This document shows, piece after piece, positions 1 to 8,298 of a stretch of 64,000 bases of DNA. The position numbers and the translations under genes are program-made. The stretch is taken from the IMG/VR virus record IMGVR_UViG_3300045988_174509; one strand, written 5' to 3'. The stretch comes from a virus. Within the stretch, counting starts at the first letter, position 1; each line of letters starts with the position of its first letter. The notes below the pieces were generated by a model. The model saw only the letters and a list, made by a program, of their open reading frames with translations, was not told the DNA's origin and did no database searches.

Positions 1-470
1 ATGCCAAGGTGTACGGGAATGCCAAGGTGTCCGGTGATGCCGAGGTGTACGGTGATGCCGAGGTGTACGGGAATGCCAAGGTGTCCGGGAATGCCTGGGT
101 GTACGGGAATGCCAAGGTGTACGGGAATGCCAAGGTGTCCGGTGATGCCGAGGTGTACGGTGATGCCGAGGTGTACGGGAATGCCAAGGTGTCCGGGAAT
201 GCCTGGGTGTACGGGAATGCCAAGGTGTACGGGAATGCCAAGGTGTCCGGTGATGCCGAGGTGTACGGTGATGCCGAGGTGTACGGGAATGCCAAGGTGT
301 CCGGGAATGCCTGGGTGTACGGGAATGCCAAGGTGTCCGGTGATGCCAAGGTGTCCGGGAATGCCTGGGTGTCCGGGAATGCCTGGGTGTACGGTGATGC
401 CAAGGTGTCCGGTGATGCCAAGGTGTACGGTGATGCCAAGGTGTCCGGGAATGCCAAGGTGTACGGATGC
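1..470 (+). repeat. ~26 tandem near-identical 18-nt repeats (coding)
   Basis: Units such as atgccaaggtgtacggga, atgccaaggtgtccggtg and atgccgaggtgtacggtg repeat continuously. Confidence 0.9.
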
Positions 471-713
471 ACGATTCTGAGAACCGGGGTTACAAAAACT
501 TCAACGGATTTTGTGGTTATCGGGCCTCAAGGAAGCAGGAATTCTTTTGCTACTTACCATATTGAATCCAATACCATTTGCACTGGATGCTTCATGGGAA
601 GTCTCAATGCCTTTAGCGAAAAGGTAACTTTGGTGTATGGGGATAATGAATACAATGCCCAGTATCAAAGAGCCATTCAGGTTTTTGAAATGTATCAAAA
701 GAAGGGAAAATAA
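3..713 (+). CDS. 5'-truncated hexapeptide-repeat protein (beta-solenoid-like repeat region plus unique ~80-aa C-terminal domain); candidate tail fibre/spike
   Basis: The frame entering at nt 3 stays open to the stop at 713, directly before the next gene. It encodes ~26 tandem hexapeptides (G-[ND]-A-[KEW]-V-[YS]) from near-identical 18-nt DNA units, then a non-repetitive tail. The other two frames are also open only inside the repeats. Confidence 0.55.
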   Translation, partial: AKVYGNAKVSGDAEVYGDAEVYGNAKVSGNAWVYGNAKVYGNAKVSGDAEVYGDAEVYGNAKVSGNAWVYGNAKVYGNAKVSGDAEVYGDAEVYGNAKVSGNAWVYGNAKVSGDAKVSGNAWVSGNAWVYGDAKVSGDAKVYGDAKVSGNAKVYGCTILRTGVTKTSTDFVVIGPQGSRNSFATYHIESNTICTGCFMGSLNAFSEKVTLVYGDNEYNAQYQRAIQVFEMYQKKGK

Positions 714-719
714 AATAAA

Positions 720-944
720 ATGAAATGTATTTTTTGTGGAGGAAAAATTTGCTTCCTACATGATATGATGGCTGAATCATATTCCCGAGCTGAATTTATT
801 TTTGGTGCCTGCGGTAATTGTGGCTGGCGGACGCTTGGGGAATATGAGTCAGAGGAGTCTGTCAAAGAAGTGATTCATAAATGGTTTGCAAGCTTGAAAA
901 GCACTATCGGAGAGGAGAAATATAATGGAACTTATAAAGGTTGA
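720..944 (+). CDS. Small zinc-ribbon protein, Lar-like (restriction alleviation family) paralog
   Basis: 74 aa with CIFCGG ... ACGNCGW (two CxxC pairs) and a C-terminal acidic/aromatic tail. It resembles the Lar architecture and sits adjacent to a clearer Lar homolog. Confidence 0.4.
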   Translation: MKCIFCGGKICFLHDMMAESYSRAEFIFGACGNCGWRTLGEYESEESVKEVIHKWFASLKSTIGEEKYNGTYKG

Positions 945-1185
945 TCTGGGATTAAAAAAGAGTTTTTGCCCGATTTGCAAGGACCTTCCTCAAGTCTTTA
1001 ATCTTAATGAGTTGGGAATGGAACCCAATACAAAGTGCCCAGACGGAGCCTTTCAGGTTCAATGTTCTTGTGGTCTAGCCGCAGGAGATGAACTTGACGC
1101 CTTCTTTAGTACTCAAGACCAAGCAATAATAGCTTGGAACAGACTGGTAGTTAAGCTTCAGAAAGTAATTGAGGAAGGAGAATAA
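925..1185 (+). CDS. lar: Lar-family restriction alleviation protein (zinc ribbon)
   Basis: FCPICKD ... VQCSCGLAAG ... AIIAWNRL matches the CPFCG...C.NCGa....eeAIaAWNrR signature of Lar proteins recalled from memory. It overlaps the preceding gene by 20 nt. Confidence 0.55.
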   Translation: MELIKVDLGLKKSFCPICKDLPQVFNLNELGMEPNTKCPDGAFQVQCSCGLAAGDELDAFFSTQDQAIIAWNRLVVKLQKVIEEGE

Positions 1186-1189
1186 AAAG

Positions 1190-1486
1190 ATGACAGCGAG
1201 AAAAGTAACGATTCTAATCTACATTGTCCTGGGAGTTCTAGGTGCACTCTTCTTTACGCTATTATTTTTTGGCTCTTTAGAATCTTCTATTTCGTGGTAT
1301 GAAGAACCCGGAGCCCAGTATCAAACTACTGTGATTACTAAAGCCGGAACCTGGAAATATAGGACCGTGAAGCCTGTTGCCATGCGTCGGTATCCCCAAG
1401 GATTTATTTTCACGATAGGCTCTAAAATGGATATTTACTCGAACGAAGGACTCATTAAAATCTCAAGAATAAAATTAGAAAAATAA
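1190..1486 (+). CDS. Small membrane protein (single N-terminal TM helix)
   Basis: The ATG at 1190 lies 10 nt after a GAGGAAGGAG Shine-Dalgarno sequence; the track start at 1169 is a TTG. Hydrophobic segment ILIYIVLGVLGALFFTLLFFG. Confidence 0.5.
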   Translation: MTARKVTILIYIVLGVLGALFFTLLFFGSLESSISWYEEPGAQYQTTVITKAGTWKYRTVKPVAMRRYPQGFIFTIGSKMDIYSNEGLIKISRIKLEK

Positions 1487-1487
1487 T

Positions 1488-2468
1488 ATGAATAAGTTTA
1501 AAGTAGACTTGACAAGATCAGAAGAGGCTCTCATGGCCTATTGGATTGTAGGTATCATGAAGCTTAGCTCAGGGGAAGGGATCAGGGGGTCCATAAAGGG
1601 CATATGCGAAGCTTGGAAAGAAGAATTCAAGTTTCCTATTACTCCTAATCATGTGAACTCGGTTCTTTCCAGATATGCTCATCCCAAGTTTAAAGGTTTC
1701 CTTAAAGGGACTATACCTGAAAGGAACCATTCAAGAAAAATTCCTGTAATATTTGAAGCAATTAAGCTTGAAACGGCTTTTCATTTAGCCCAGTCTGATT
1801 TGGAAAGGCACGCAAAAGAATACTTGAATTGGAAATATAAGAATAGCCTTGAAGAGGGTCATTCAGATTTTTTAATCAAGGCTTCTCAAATGCCCGCCAA
1901 TAAAAAAGCAATGGCGGTCTTGTCAAAGTATCTCTCTAATGATTCCAATTTGGAATATAGTTATACCACACCGGAAGCAATGACGCTGGCCGTAAAGGAG
2001 GGGTGCTGGTTCTGCAACCCAGTGAATCTTCTTTTGAGGTCCGACCCCAAGAACCCCTTATGCGTTGTCTTCGATGTCTCAAAACTCCTTTCATCCGTTT
2101 CTTCTGAAGAAAGAAGACTATTGAAGGAACTTGTTAATAATCCGTTAGTTAAGCAATGGAAAAAAATCGGAGCTGAAACTCCCCTATTCGATATAGAAGC
2201 CCTTGAAGCCTTGAAATTTTTAAAAGAGAATCCTATGGTACCTCTAGTATTCAGAGGAGGAATGGGTCAAGGGTTTTGCTGGTACCTTCGTTTTAATAAC
2301 TCCTTGAGTCGGTTTGAGAACATCCATGATGGACTGATGGATTGGAGGCCCCGTGAGTTCTCAGCTTATTTTCTTAATACGATTTTCCGTTCCTGTACCG
2401 AAGGGGAGCTTAGAAAATACTTTGAAGGCTACCAGGGACCAGACCCTGAAGAAGATTGTTTTTGTTAA
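1488..2468 (+). CDS. Hypothetical protein (326 aa)
   Basis: Long ORF tightly packed after the previous stop; no recognisable motif. Confidence 0.5.
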   Translation: MNKFKVDLTRSEEALMAYWIVGIMKLSSGEGIRGSIKGICEAWKEEFKFPITPNHVNSVLSRYAHPKFKGFLKGTIPERNHSRKIPVIFEAIKLETAFHLAQSDLERHAKEYLNWKYKNSLEEGHSDFLIKASQMPANKKAMAVLSKYLSNDSNLEYSYTTPEAMTLAVKEGCWFCNPVNLLLRSDPKNPLCVVFDVSKLLSSVSSEERRLLKELVNNPLVKQWKKIGAETPLFDIEALEALKFLKENPMVPLVFRGGMGQGFCWYLRFNNSLSRFENIHDGLMDWRPREFSAYFLNTIFRSCTEGELRKYFEGYQGPDPEEDCFC

Positions 2469-2506
2469 TGGATTACAAGTGATAAAAATAAAACAAGATT
2501 AAAATT

Positions 2507-2770
2507 ATGGATTTAAATAATTTATTAGAAGACATAGATAATGGAGTAGAGGCTATGAAAAGGTCCGATTATGCTATTTCCGGATATATCGGACAGCTTC
2601 GGGGAGCCCGAACACTTGTGCTAAAATATCTTCCCGGGTCCATTGTAGCCCAAATGACAGATGATGAAGTATTAGGTACTTTGTTTGAAGACCGTAATTT
2701 AGCTCCAGTAGCCATTCATAAGGTGGATGGTGCAGATTGCAATAGAAAAGAAATTTATAAAAAGGTATGA
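2507..2770 (+). CDS. Hypothetical protein (87 aa)
   Basis: ORF in a co-directional operon. Confidence 0.4.
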   Translation: MDLNNLLEDIDNGVEAMKRSDYAISGYIGQLRGARTLVLKYLPGSIVAQMTDDEVLGTLFEDRNLAPVAIHKVDGADCNRKEIYKKV

Positions 2771-2824
2771 AAACATGTATTAACTGTATCTTTAGGGACC
2801 AAGAAGACGGCTGTTGCTGGTGTA

Positions 2825-3385
2825 GTGCCGGAGCCCATTATTCAGAAGAAGTGGACGAGACTACAAAAGCTTGCGGTGAATTTGAACCAGATGAAGACTG
2901 ATCCCATGTACGCTCAGCCTTTGCAGTCTGTTTTGGTCTCCATTAAAAATCCCTATTCGGATTTTATTTTGGCGGGACTAAAAAAGTTGAAGCTAAGAAA
3001 ATCAATTCCTCAGGCCTTTAAAAATGGGGAGCCTTGCATAGGTTGGATTTATAATAGTGGTAAAGATGGGTCACATTCTATTGTGGGTAAGTTTCTTGTG
3101 GGAGATTTTTTCAGATGTGACGTGATCTATGACTTCATGTATAATGATTTACCAAGGGTCCTCAAAGAATCTTGTCTTGACTTGAAGGGGTTGGTGGATT
3201 ATCTTCCATGCTACGCCTTGCAGGTACATAGTCCTAAGAGGTTTGCACCTGTTCATCTTTCCAGGATTGGTTTAAGTCGGCCTCCACAGTCCTGGCAGTA
3301 TTTAACCAGAGAGCAGGCCGCTATTTTATACGAGTATGAAAACATCCAAGACCCCCGATACCATTGTGAAGTCTCCGGCCATTAA
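2825..3385 (+). CDS. ASCH/PUA-like domain protein
   Basis: SIKNPYSDFILAGLKKLKLRKSIP resembles the ASCH beta-barrel core (..sIkp.y...I..G.K..E.R..). GTG start in the track. Confidence 0.4.
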   Translation: MPEPIIQKKWTRLQKLAVNLNQMKTDPMYAQPLQSVLVSIKNPYSDFILAGLKKLKLRKSIPQAFKNGEPCIGWIYNSGKDGSHSIVGKFLVGDFFRCDVIYDFMYNDLPRVLKESCLDLKGLVDYLPCYALQVHSPKRFAPVHLSRIGLSRPPQSWQYLTREQAAILYEYENIQDPRYHCEVSGH

Positions 3386-4100
3386 GCACACTCCGACACT
3401 GGCTTTGAAGTTCCAGGCCGCTTATGACTTTTTCAATGCGCGGCTATTTAGTTCGGAACTCCCGGATTGTATTATTGTATTGTGCAATAACAATAAAAGA
3501 ACCCTGGGGTATTACCATAAGGGGCAATACGTAGAGACTACCAAGGGAACCAGGCTGGATAAGATTTCTCTAAATCCCCAATGGTTTATAGAGCGTGGAA
3601 TTCGTTGCACCCTTTCCACTCTGGTTCATGAAATGTGCCATCTCTGGGCCTATAACTTCCTGACGCCGCCTCCCCGGGCCGGGTATCATTGCAGGAGGTG
3701 GGGGGCCAAAATGAAGGAGGTGGGCCTTTACCCTTCAACTACAGGGGAAGAAGGAGGAAAGGAAGTGGGACAGTCCTGCTCTCATTACATTATTAAAGGA
3801 GGCCCGTTCGATTTGGCTTGTGAAGATTTTCTTAGAGAGTCTCCCGGTTTGACCTACATTCATTCGATTCAGTTTGAAACAGGCTATGCGCCGCTGAAGA
3901 TTGCAGATTATGCAAAGGAGAACTCGAACCTGGAAGAAGCTTTCAGTACGGTTTCGCCCTATGCTTCCGGTGGTGTGAAGACCAATAAGTCAAACCGGAT
4001 AAAGTACTCCTGCCCAAATTGCAAGACTAATGTCTGGGGTAAAGAGGGCCTTTCCTTGAGATGCGGAGCTTGTGAATCACCTTTTATCATTGCTGACTAA
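3336..4100 (+). CDS. SprT-like zinc metalloprotease with C-terminal zinc ribbon
   Basis: The N-terminus has an AYDFFNARLF..L SprT-N-like pattern. An HEMCHLWAYNF HExxH motif follows and the C-terminus is a CPNCKTN...CGACESPF zinc ribbon. Confidence 0.65.
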   Translation: MKTSKTPDTIVKSPAIKHTPTLALKFQAAYDFFNARLFSSELPDCIIVLCNNNKRTLGYYHKGQYVETTKGTRLDKISLNPQWFIERGIRCTLSTLVHEMCHLWAYNFLTPPPRAGYHCRRWGAKMKEVGLYPSTTGEEGGKEVGQSCSHYIIKGGPFDLACEDFLRESPGLTYIHSIQFETGYAPLKIADYAKENSNLEEAFSTVSPYASGGVKTNKSNRIKYSCPNCKTNVWGKEGLSLRCGACESPFIIAD

Positions 4101-4714
4101 TGAGAAAAGAAGTTATCGCCATCATTCCAGCCAAGGGATTCTCTGACGCCCTGAAGCAGAAAAACCTGCAAGACTGGGGGGGGGCTCCATTGTTTTGGGA
4201 ATCCGTAAGGTACGCCAGGGCTGAGGGTGTTTTCCCGGTAGTTGTAACCCGTGATCCCCTGATTCACTTCTACGCTGAATCCCATGGGTGTGACGTAGTG
4301 GTTGAAGAAGGGGAGGGCATGATCCAGTGCATCCAGGAGTCCATGAAGCACTATCCGGCAAATCGGTACGTACTGCTTCAGCCTACCTCTCCCCTCCGCC
4401 AGCCGGGACTTCTCTCCCAGATTCTGAAAATCCCTCGCTCCTGTGTATTCACTGCGGAGCGGGTCAAAGTAGTAGGGGTTCTGGACGGGGAGGGAACAGT
4501 GTTTCAGGGGCCCAGGGAATCAGCTTCCCGCTTCCTTTGGAGGTTTGACGGGAACATGCTGACCGGGACCCGCGATTTGATAGGTCAGGGAATCCTTTTA
4601 CCGGATGACGCATATCCGGTAGAGCAAAGGCTTCCCTATACTCTCCAGATTGATTATCTGGAAGATTTAAACATTGTGAGAAAAATTTATGAAAGTATGT
4701 ATTATTGGAAATAA
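4100..4714 (+). CDS. CMP-sugar (acylneuraminate/Kdo-type) cytidylyltransferase, NeuA/KdsB family
   Basis: N-terminal AIIPAKGFSDALKQKNL matches the IIPARGGSKG.PrKNi motif. The internal LLQPTSPLRQ matches the conserved LQPTSPlR box of CMP-NeuAc/CMP-Kdo synthetases. Confidence 0.7.
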   Translation: MRKEVIAIIPAKGFSDALKQKNLQDWGGAPLFWESVRYARAEGVFPVVVTRDPLIHFYAESHGCDVVVEEGEGMIQCIQESMKHYPANRYVLLQPTSPLRQPGLLSQILKIPRSCVFTAERVKVVGVLDGEGTVFQGPRESASRFLWRFDGNMLTGTRDLIGQGILLPDDAYPVEQRLPYTLQIDYLEDLNIVRKIYESMYYWK

Positions 4715-5207
4715 GGAAAATCTTGACGAGGATTATTCTTCTCAAGTAGCTTCTGCTGACATTGTGGTTCGCATCTCCAAGATGTGCAACTATGACTCCG
4801 GGCTTGTCGGGTCCCATACCGACATCCTGTACTTGGAGCCTAACTGGCAGTGGGCTTGGTATTCGGAAAAACGCAGGCATATCCACCTGTTTAAAGACAT
4901 CCCTGTAATCATGATCAGGGAATCCTGGTGGGCCCGAGTAGGGTGCTTTCTTCTTGAGAATGGTTATGTGGAAGAAAGTCAGGTAGTAGTAATCCCGCAG
5001 GAGGTCGAATCGGCTTACCCTAATTTTTCAACCCTCGCGCTAGCAGTGGCTGATATGCACCAACGCTATCCAGGTGCGCAAATCAGTCTGGTTGCCGCTG
5101 ATGTGGGCGATGCCCGGCTGGAATTCCTGAAGGAGTCCCACCCCTTTTCCAAGGAGGTGCAGTATATAGAAGACCTTGCTGAAAAGGGAATTCTTGAAGC
5201 CCTATGA
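4689..5207 (+). CDS. Putative CstII/GT42-like (sialyl)transferase-related protein (short, divergent)
   Basis: N-terminus VCIIGNKENLDEDYSSQVASADIVVRISKMCNY aligns by eye to the CstII N-terminus VIIAGNGPSLKEIDYSRLPNDFDVFRCNQFY. The start overlaps the end of the cytidylyltransferase gene. Confidence 0.3.
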   Translation: MKVCIIGNKENLDEDYSSQVASADIVVRISKMCNYDSGLVGSHTDILYLEPNWQWAWYSEKRRHIHLFKDIPVIMIRESWWARVGCFLLENGYVEESQVVVIPQEVESAYPNFSTLALAVADMHQRYPGAQISLVAADVGDARLEFLKESHPFSKEVQYIEDLAEKGILEAL

Positions 5208-5527
5208 TTGAAGAGGCGCATTTGTTCAATGAACTGAGAGAGAGCAATCTCAATGTAAATAAGGCTTTGGTGCTTATGGCCGTAGCCGCTGGAAAGACTA
5301 CGACGACAGCCATCAGGGAGGAGTTCGGTATTCTTCCCTCCAATTCCCAGTATTGGCTTAAATCCCTGGTAGGCTTGGGGCTCCTGGTCCGCCATGTGCC
5401 TCAGCTTCCTCCTGGACAATGTAATTATTTCTGGAATTATTCATTGACGAAAAAGGGTGAGAAGGTAGTAGCCCTGCTAAAGGAGCGTCTCAGAAAAATA
5501 GCACTTGACGCGATCTCCAACTCCTGA
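5204..5527 (+). CDS. Winged-helix DNA-binding protein (MarR/TrmB-like)
   Basis: KALVLMAVAAGKTTTTAIREEFGILPSNSQYWLKSLVGLGLL reads as an HTH plus wing pattern. Confidence 0.45.
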   Translation: MIEEAHLFNELRESNLNVNKALVLMAVAAGKTTTTAIREEFGILPSNSQYWLKSLVGLGLLVRHVPQLPPGQCNYFWNYSLTKKGEKVVALLKERLRKIALDAISNS

Positions 5528-5539
5528 TACCTTTGACGC

Positions 5540-5962
5540 ATGGCTGATGATGAAAAAATTCTTGAGAACGCCAAGGCCCTCTACGGGCTTTCCGGGCAGG
5601 CGACTGCCTGGGACAAGCTGACCAAGGCCAAGCAAACTCCCTATGTCAACATTGCCCGCGGGCTGGCCGACAATAAGGATGCTATTTTAGCTGATCTTGT
5701 TTCCGACTATGCCGGATGCTTCGGGGCCTCCACCAAGACCCAGAAGATCATTCATACGGTTATCGGGATTATCCTTGGAGCCGCGGGTGCCCTTGGGCTC
5801 ATGGGCACTTCTGGTTGCGGCCACACGGTTGACGTTACGCCAGACCAGACCACTATCTGCAAGGACGGTTCCTGCCTCGTCATTGAGCAGGGCCATGTGT
5901 CCTTCAGGCAGAACGCGCCGGAGAACACCGCGCCTCCCATTATCGTACAAGATAAGAAGTAA
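5540..5962 (+). CDS. Membrane-anchored hypothetical protein
   Basis: Internal hydrophobic helix IIHTVIGIILGAAGALGLMG followed by a Cys-containing segment. Confidence 0.45.
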   Translation: MADDEKILENAKALYGLSGQATAWDKLTKAKQTPYVNIARGLADNKDAILADLVSDYAGCFGASTKTQKIIHTVIGIILGAAGALGLMGTSGCGHTVDVTPDQTTICKDGSCLVIEQGHVSFRQNAPENTAPPIIVQDKK

Positions 5963-5973
5963 TAGCTACGAAC

Positions 5974-6945
5974 ATGGCTGAAGGTACAGCATCAAGTCTC
6001 CCGCCGGAAATGCCTCCGCAGATGCCCTCTGGATTTGATGCCCCCGGATTTCCTGGGGGCATCTCTTCTACGGAGAATGAGATCAACCGTCTCTCTGTAC
6101 AGTTCCCGGAACCCGAGATTCCGGTTCCCCAGTACCATTCATCCGTGAACCAGTTCGCCGCGGCGGAGATGGTACCCGGGGAGGACTACCTGCGCCGCCC
6201 CAATTTCGGGCGCATGTTCTCCGTGGTGTATGATGTGAATGCGCAACGCGGGCCCGCCGTAAAATACACGGCGGGAATATTGATTGAAGGATCTACCATC
6301 CAGAATGTTCCGCCCGGCACTACTCCGGGAGAGCTTATTTCCATGACGCCCCGCCAGTCGGCACCGCTGGACAGCGATATAACTTGGTACCTGAATGTGG
6401 AACCCGTCCGGGATCTTTCCAAGGTGTCGGCTACAAAAAGCACTACTGCGGATTTAAGCATCCCCGTAGCCAGGATGACAAAGGGACGCAATGGATTTAT
6501 CCAGCAGTTGCATAGCGGGGCAGTATTTCTGGACGGCCTCTCTTTCGGATTTGAGGTGCAGATCAAAAGGGGTCCGGACGGGAGTCAGACCGGGATCAAG
6601 GTCCGTCCCGGAATGGTCATGCTCAACGGCTCCTATGTGGGAACCTATCCTGAGCCTAATGACACTACAGGCCAATGGCATGAGGTGGCGTTCGCCCAGG
6701 ACGGAGACGTGTATATCGCATTTACTTTCAATGACCATTCCGCCATTACCCGGGCCGCTATCGAATTTGAGCCGGGCCCTGTTGAGCCTTACTTCCTGGT
6801 AAAGGCACATCCGGAACCCGGGAAAACATTTTTCTACTCTTTCAAGCTGGCAATGCTCCGGAGCGAGCGCGTCACTCAATATATTCTTGGCACCATCCAA
6901 ATCCCGGTGGCGGGCGGAACCTTCTTCCCTTATGGTCCATCATGA
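5974..6945 (+). CDS. Hypothetical protein (323 aa), Pro/Gly-rich N-terminus
   Basis: ORF with ATGA stop/start coupling to the next gene. Confidence 0.5.
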   Translation: MAEGTASSLPPEMPPQMPSGFDAPGFPGGISSTENEINRLSVQFPEPEIPVPQYHSSVNQFAAAEMVPGEDYLRRPNFGRMFSVVYDVNAQRGPAVKYTAGILIEGSTIQNVPPGTTPGELISMTPRQSAPLDSDITWYLNVEPVRDLSKVSATKSTTADLSIPVARMTKGRNGFIQQLHSGAVFLDGLSFGFEVQIKRGPDGSQTGIKVRPGMVMLNGSYVGTYPEPNDTTGQWHEVAFAQDGDVYIAFTFNDHSAITRAAIEFEPGPVEPYFLVKAHPEPGKTFFYSFKLAMLRSERVTQYILGTIQIPVAGGTFFPYGPS

Positions 6946-7685
6946 TTAGAATTTATATTTTCACTTATGCCGGGGATCATCAGGAAGGCCTGGAATGCGT
7001 GCGCTGTGCGCGCCGGGCGTTGCCCGGGTCCCTTATCACAGTGGTGGATGACAAGCACCACCCGTGCCCGGACAATCCATGTATGCAGTTCATTGACGCC
7101 GGGGCTACGGGCTATGCTCAAAGCTCTTTTCCCCGCAATGGGAACCTCAATGGCCGCGACTGTGTTTTAGGCGTAGTCTCAACGCTGGCGAGGAATGCAA
7201 GGAAAAACGACATTGTGGTGAAGCTGGATTCCGATACCTGCCTTCTGGATGGAGGGTGGATTAAACGGATGCAGAGGAACCATTTGGCCCTGCATGCCTC
7301 GGGCTTCAAGATTCCTTCGGGTCATCTTAGACGGCAGATGTACGGTCTTTGCTACGCCTTGAAAGGTGAAGCACTGACGGACATATACAACCGCCTCCTG
7401 TCTGATGCCCATTTGATCCCGGAGAATGCGCCGGAAGACATAGCTATTTCCGAATGCGCCTTGGAGAATTTCCAACCCAGCTCCATTCAGCTGGACGAAC
7501 CCTGGAGTAAGGAGTGCCCTTCTTCCAAGTGGACTGCCTGGAACTGGTGGAGCTGTAGAGTATCCCTGGAAAAATATAAGGATTTTTCCGTAGTCACCTT
7601 TGGCTCACCGATGCCCACCAACCTGAGCCGTAGTCTCCGTGCCCTGAAGATGAGGGAGTTAAGACTTTGTAAATTTTCCTCTTGA
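6942..7685 (+). CDS. Putative GT-A fold glycosyltransferase
   Basis: N-terminal beta-strand/helix pattern IYIFTYAGD..LECVRCARRAL resembles the GT2 N-terminus. DxD-like KLDSDT is present. Confidence 0.35.
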   Translation: MIRIYIFTYAGDHQEGLECVRCARRALPGSLITVVDDKHHPCPDNPCMQFIDAGATGYAQSSFPRNGNLNGRDCVLGVVSTLARNARKNDIVVKLDSDTCLLDGGWIKRMQRNHLALHASGFKIPSGHLRRQMYGLCYALKGEALTDIYNRLLSDAHLIPENAPEDIAISECALENFQPSSIQLDEPWSKECPSSKWTAWNWWSCRVSLEKYKDFSVVTFGSPMPTNLSRSLRALKMRELRLCKFSS

Positions 7686-7715
7686 CTTTTCCACGCCAGA
7701 GTTGAAACTACGGGC

Positions 7716-8216
7716 ATGTTTGAAGACGATGTATTAACATATCCGCCCGATGTGGACTCATGGAAGAATCGGGCTGAAGAGCTACTTGAACTCTTGTCTA
7801 GACTTCCATTGGAAGTAGAGAAAGCTAATAGGAGGTATGGAAGAGATTCTATCAGTTTGTTATTGCGTACTGGAATTCTTATAACTACTAGAATACAAGG
7901 TACTAAGAACCTTACTTATTTTTTGTGCAGTACTGATAAAACAGCTCAACTGCTTTCTCAGCTTACCAAGGAAGTGGCAAAGATGAAGGCGGAAGAGGAG
8001 AAGCTGAAAAAAGAAATAGTGCTTGGAGAAAAGCTTAATCAGGAGCTTAGAGAATCTGAAACCCTCCAAGAGATTTATAATTTCATGAACTATCTCAAGA
8101 CTTCCGGCTACCCTGTTGTAGGGGTCTCCCTTACCGAGAGAGAGAAAGAAAGCTGGAAAAACTCAGCTATGAATGGGGCTGGACTACTCGCATTAACTTT
8201 GGTAGAAGTGTTTTAA
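7716..8216 (+). CDS. Coiled-coil hypothetical protein
   Basis: A weak TTGACT promoter-like element lies at 7683-7688. K/E-rich heptad region. Confidence 0.45.
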   Translation: MFEDDVLTYPPDVDSWKNRAEELLELLSRLPLEVEKANRRYGRDSISLLLRTGILITTRIQGTKNLTYFLCSTDKTAQLLSQLTKEVAKMKAEEEKLKKEIVLGEKLNQELRESETLQEIYNFMNYLKTSGYPVVGVSLTEREKESWKNSAMNGAGLLALTLVEVF

Positions 8217-8298
8217 AGAACACTGGTTACGTAGGTATTTGCATTACCCTGCAAGGAGCCCTCATGCTTGAAAATTTTTTAAAGACGCCAGAAAATAA

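Noticed and set aside
1-480. Frame 1 ORF (MPRCTGMPRC..., 159 aa) across the 18-nt repeats
   Set aside because: It is open only because of the repeat. It ends inside the repeat array, whereas the frame entering at nt 3 continues into a unique C-terminal domain and stops right before the next gene.
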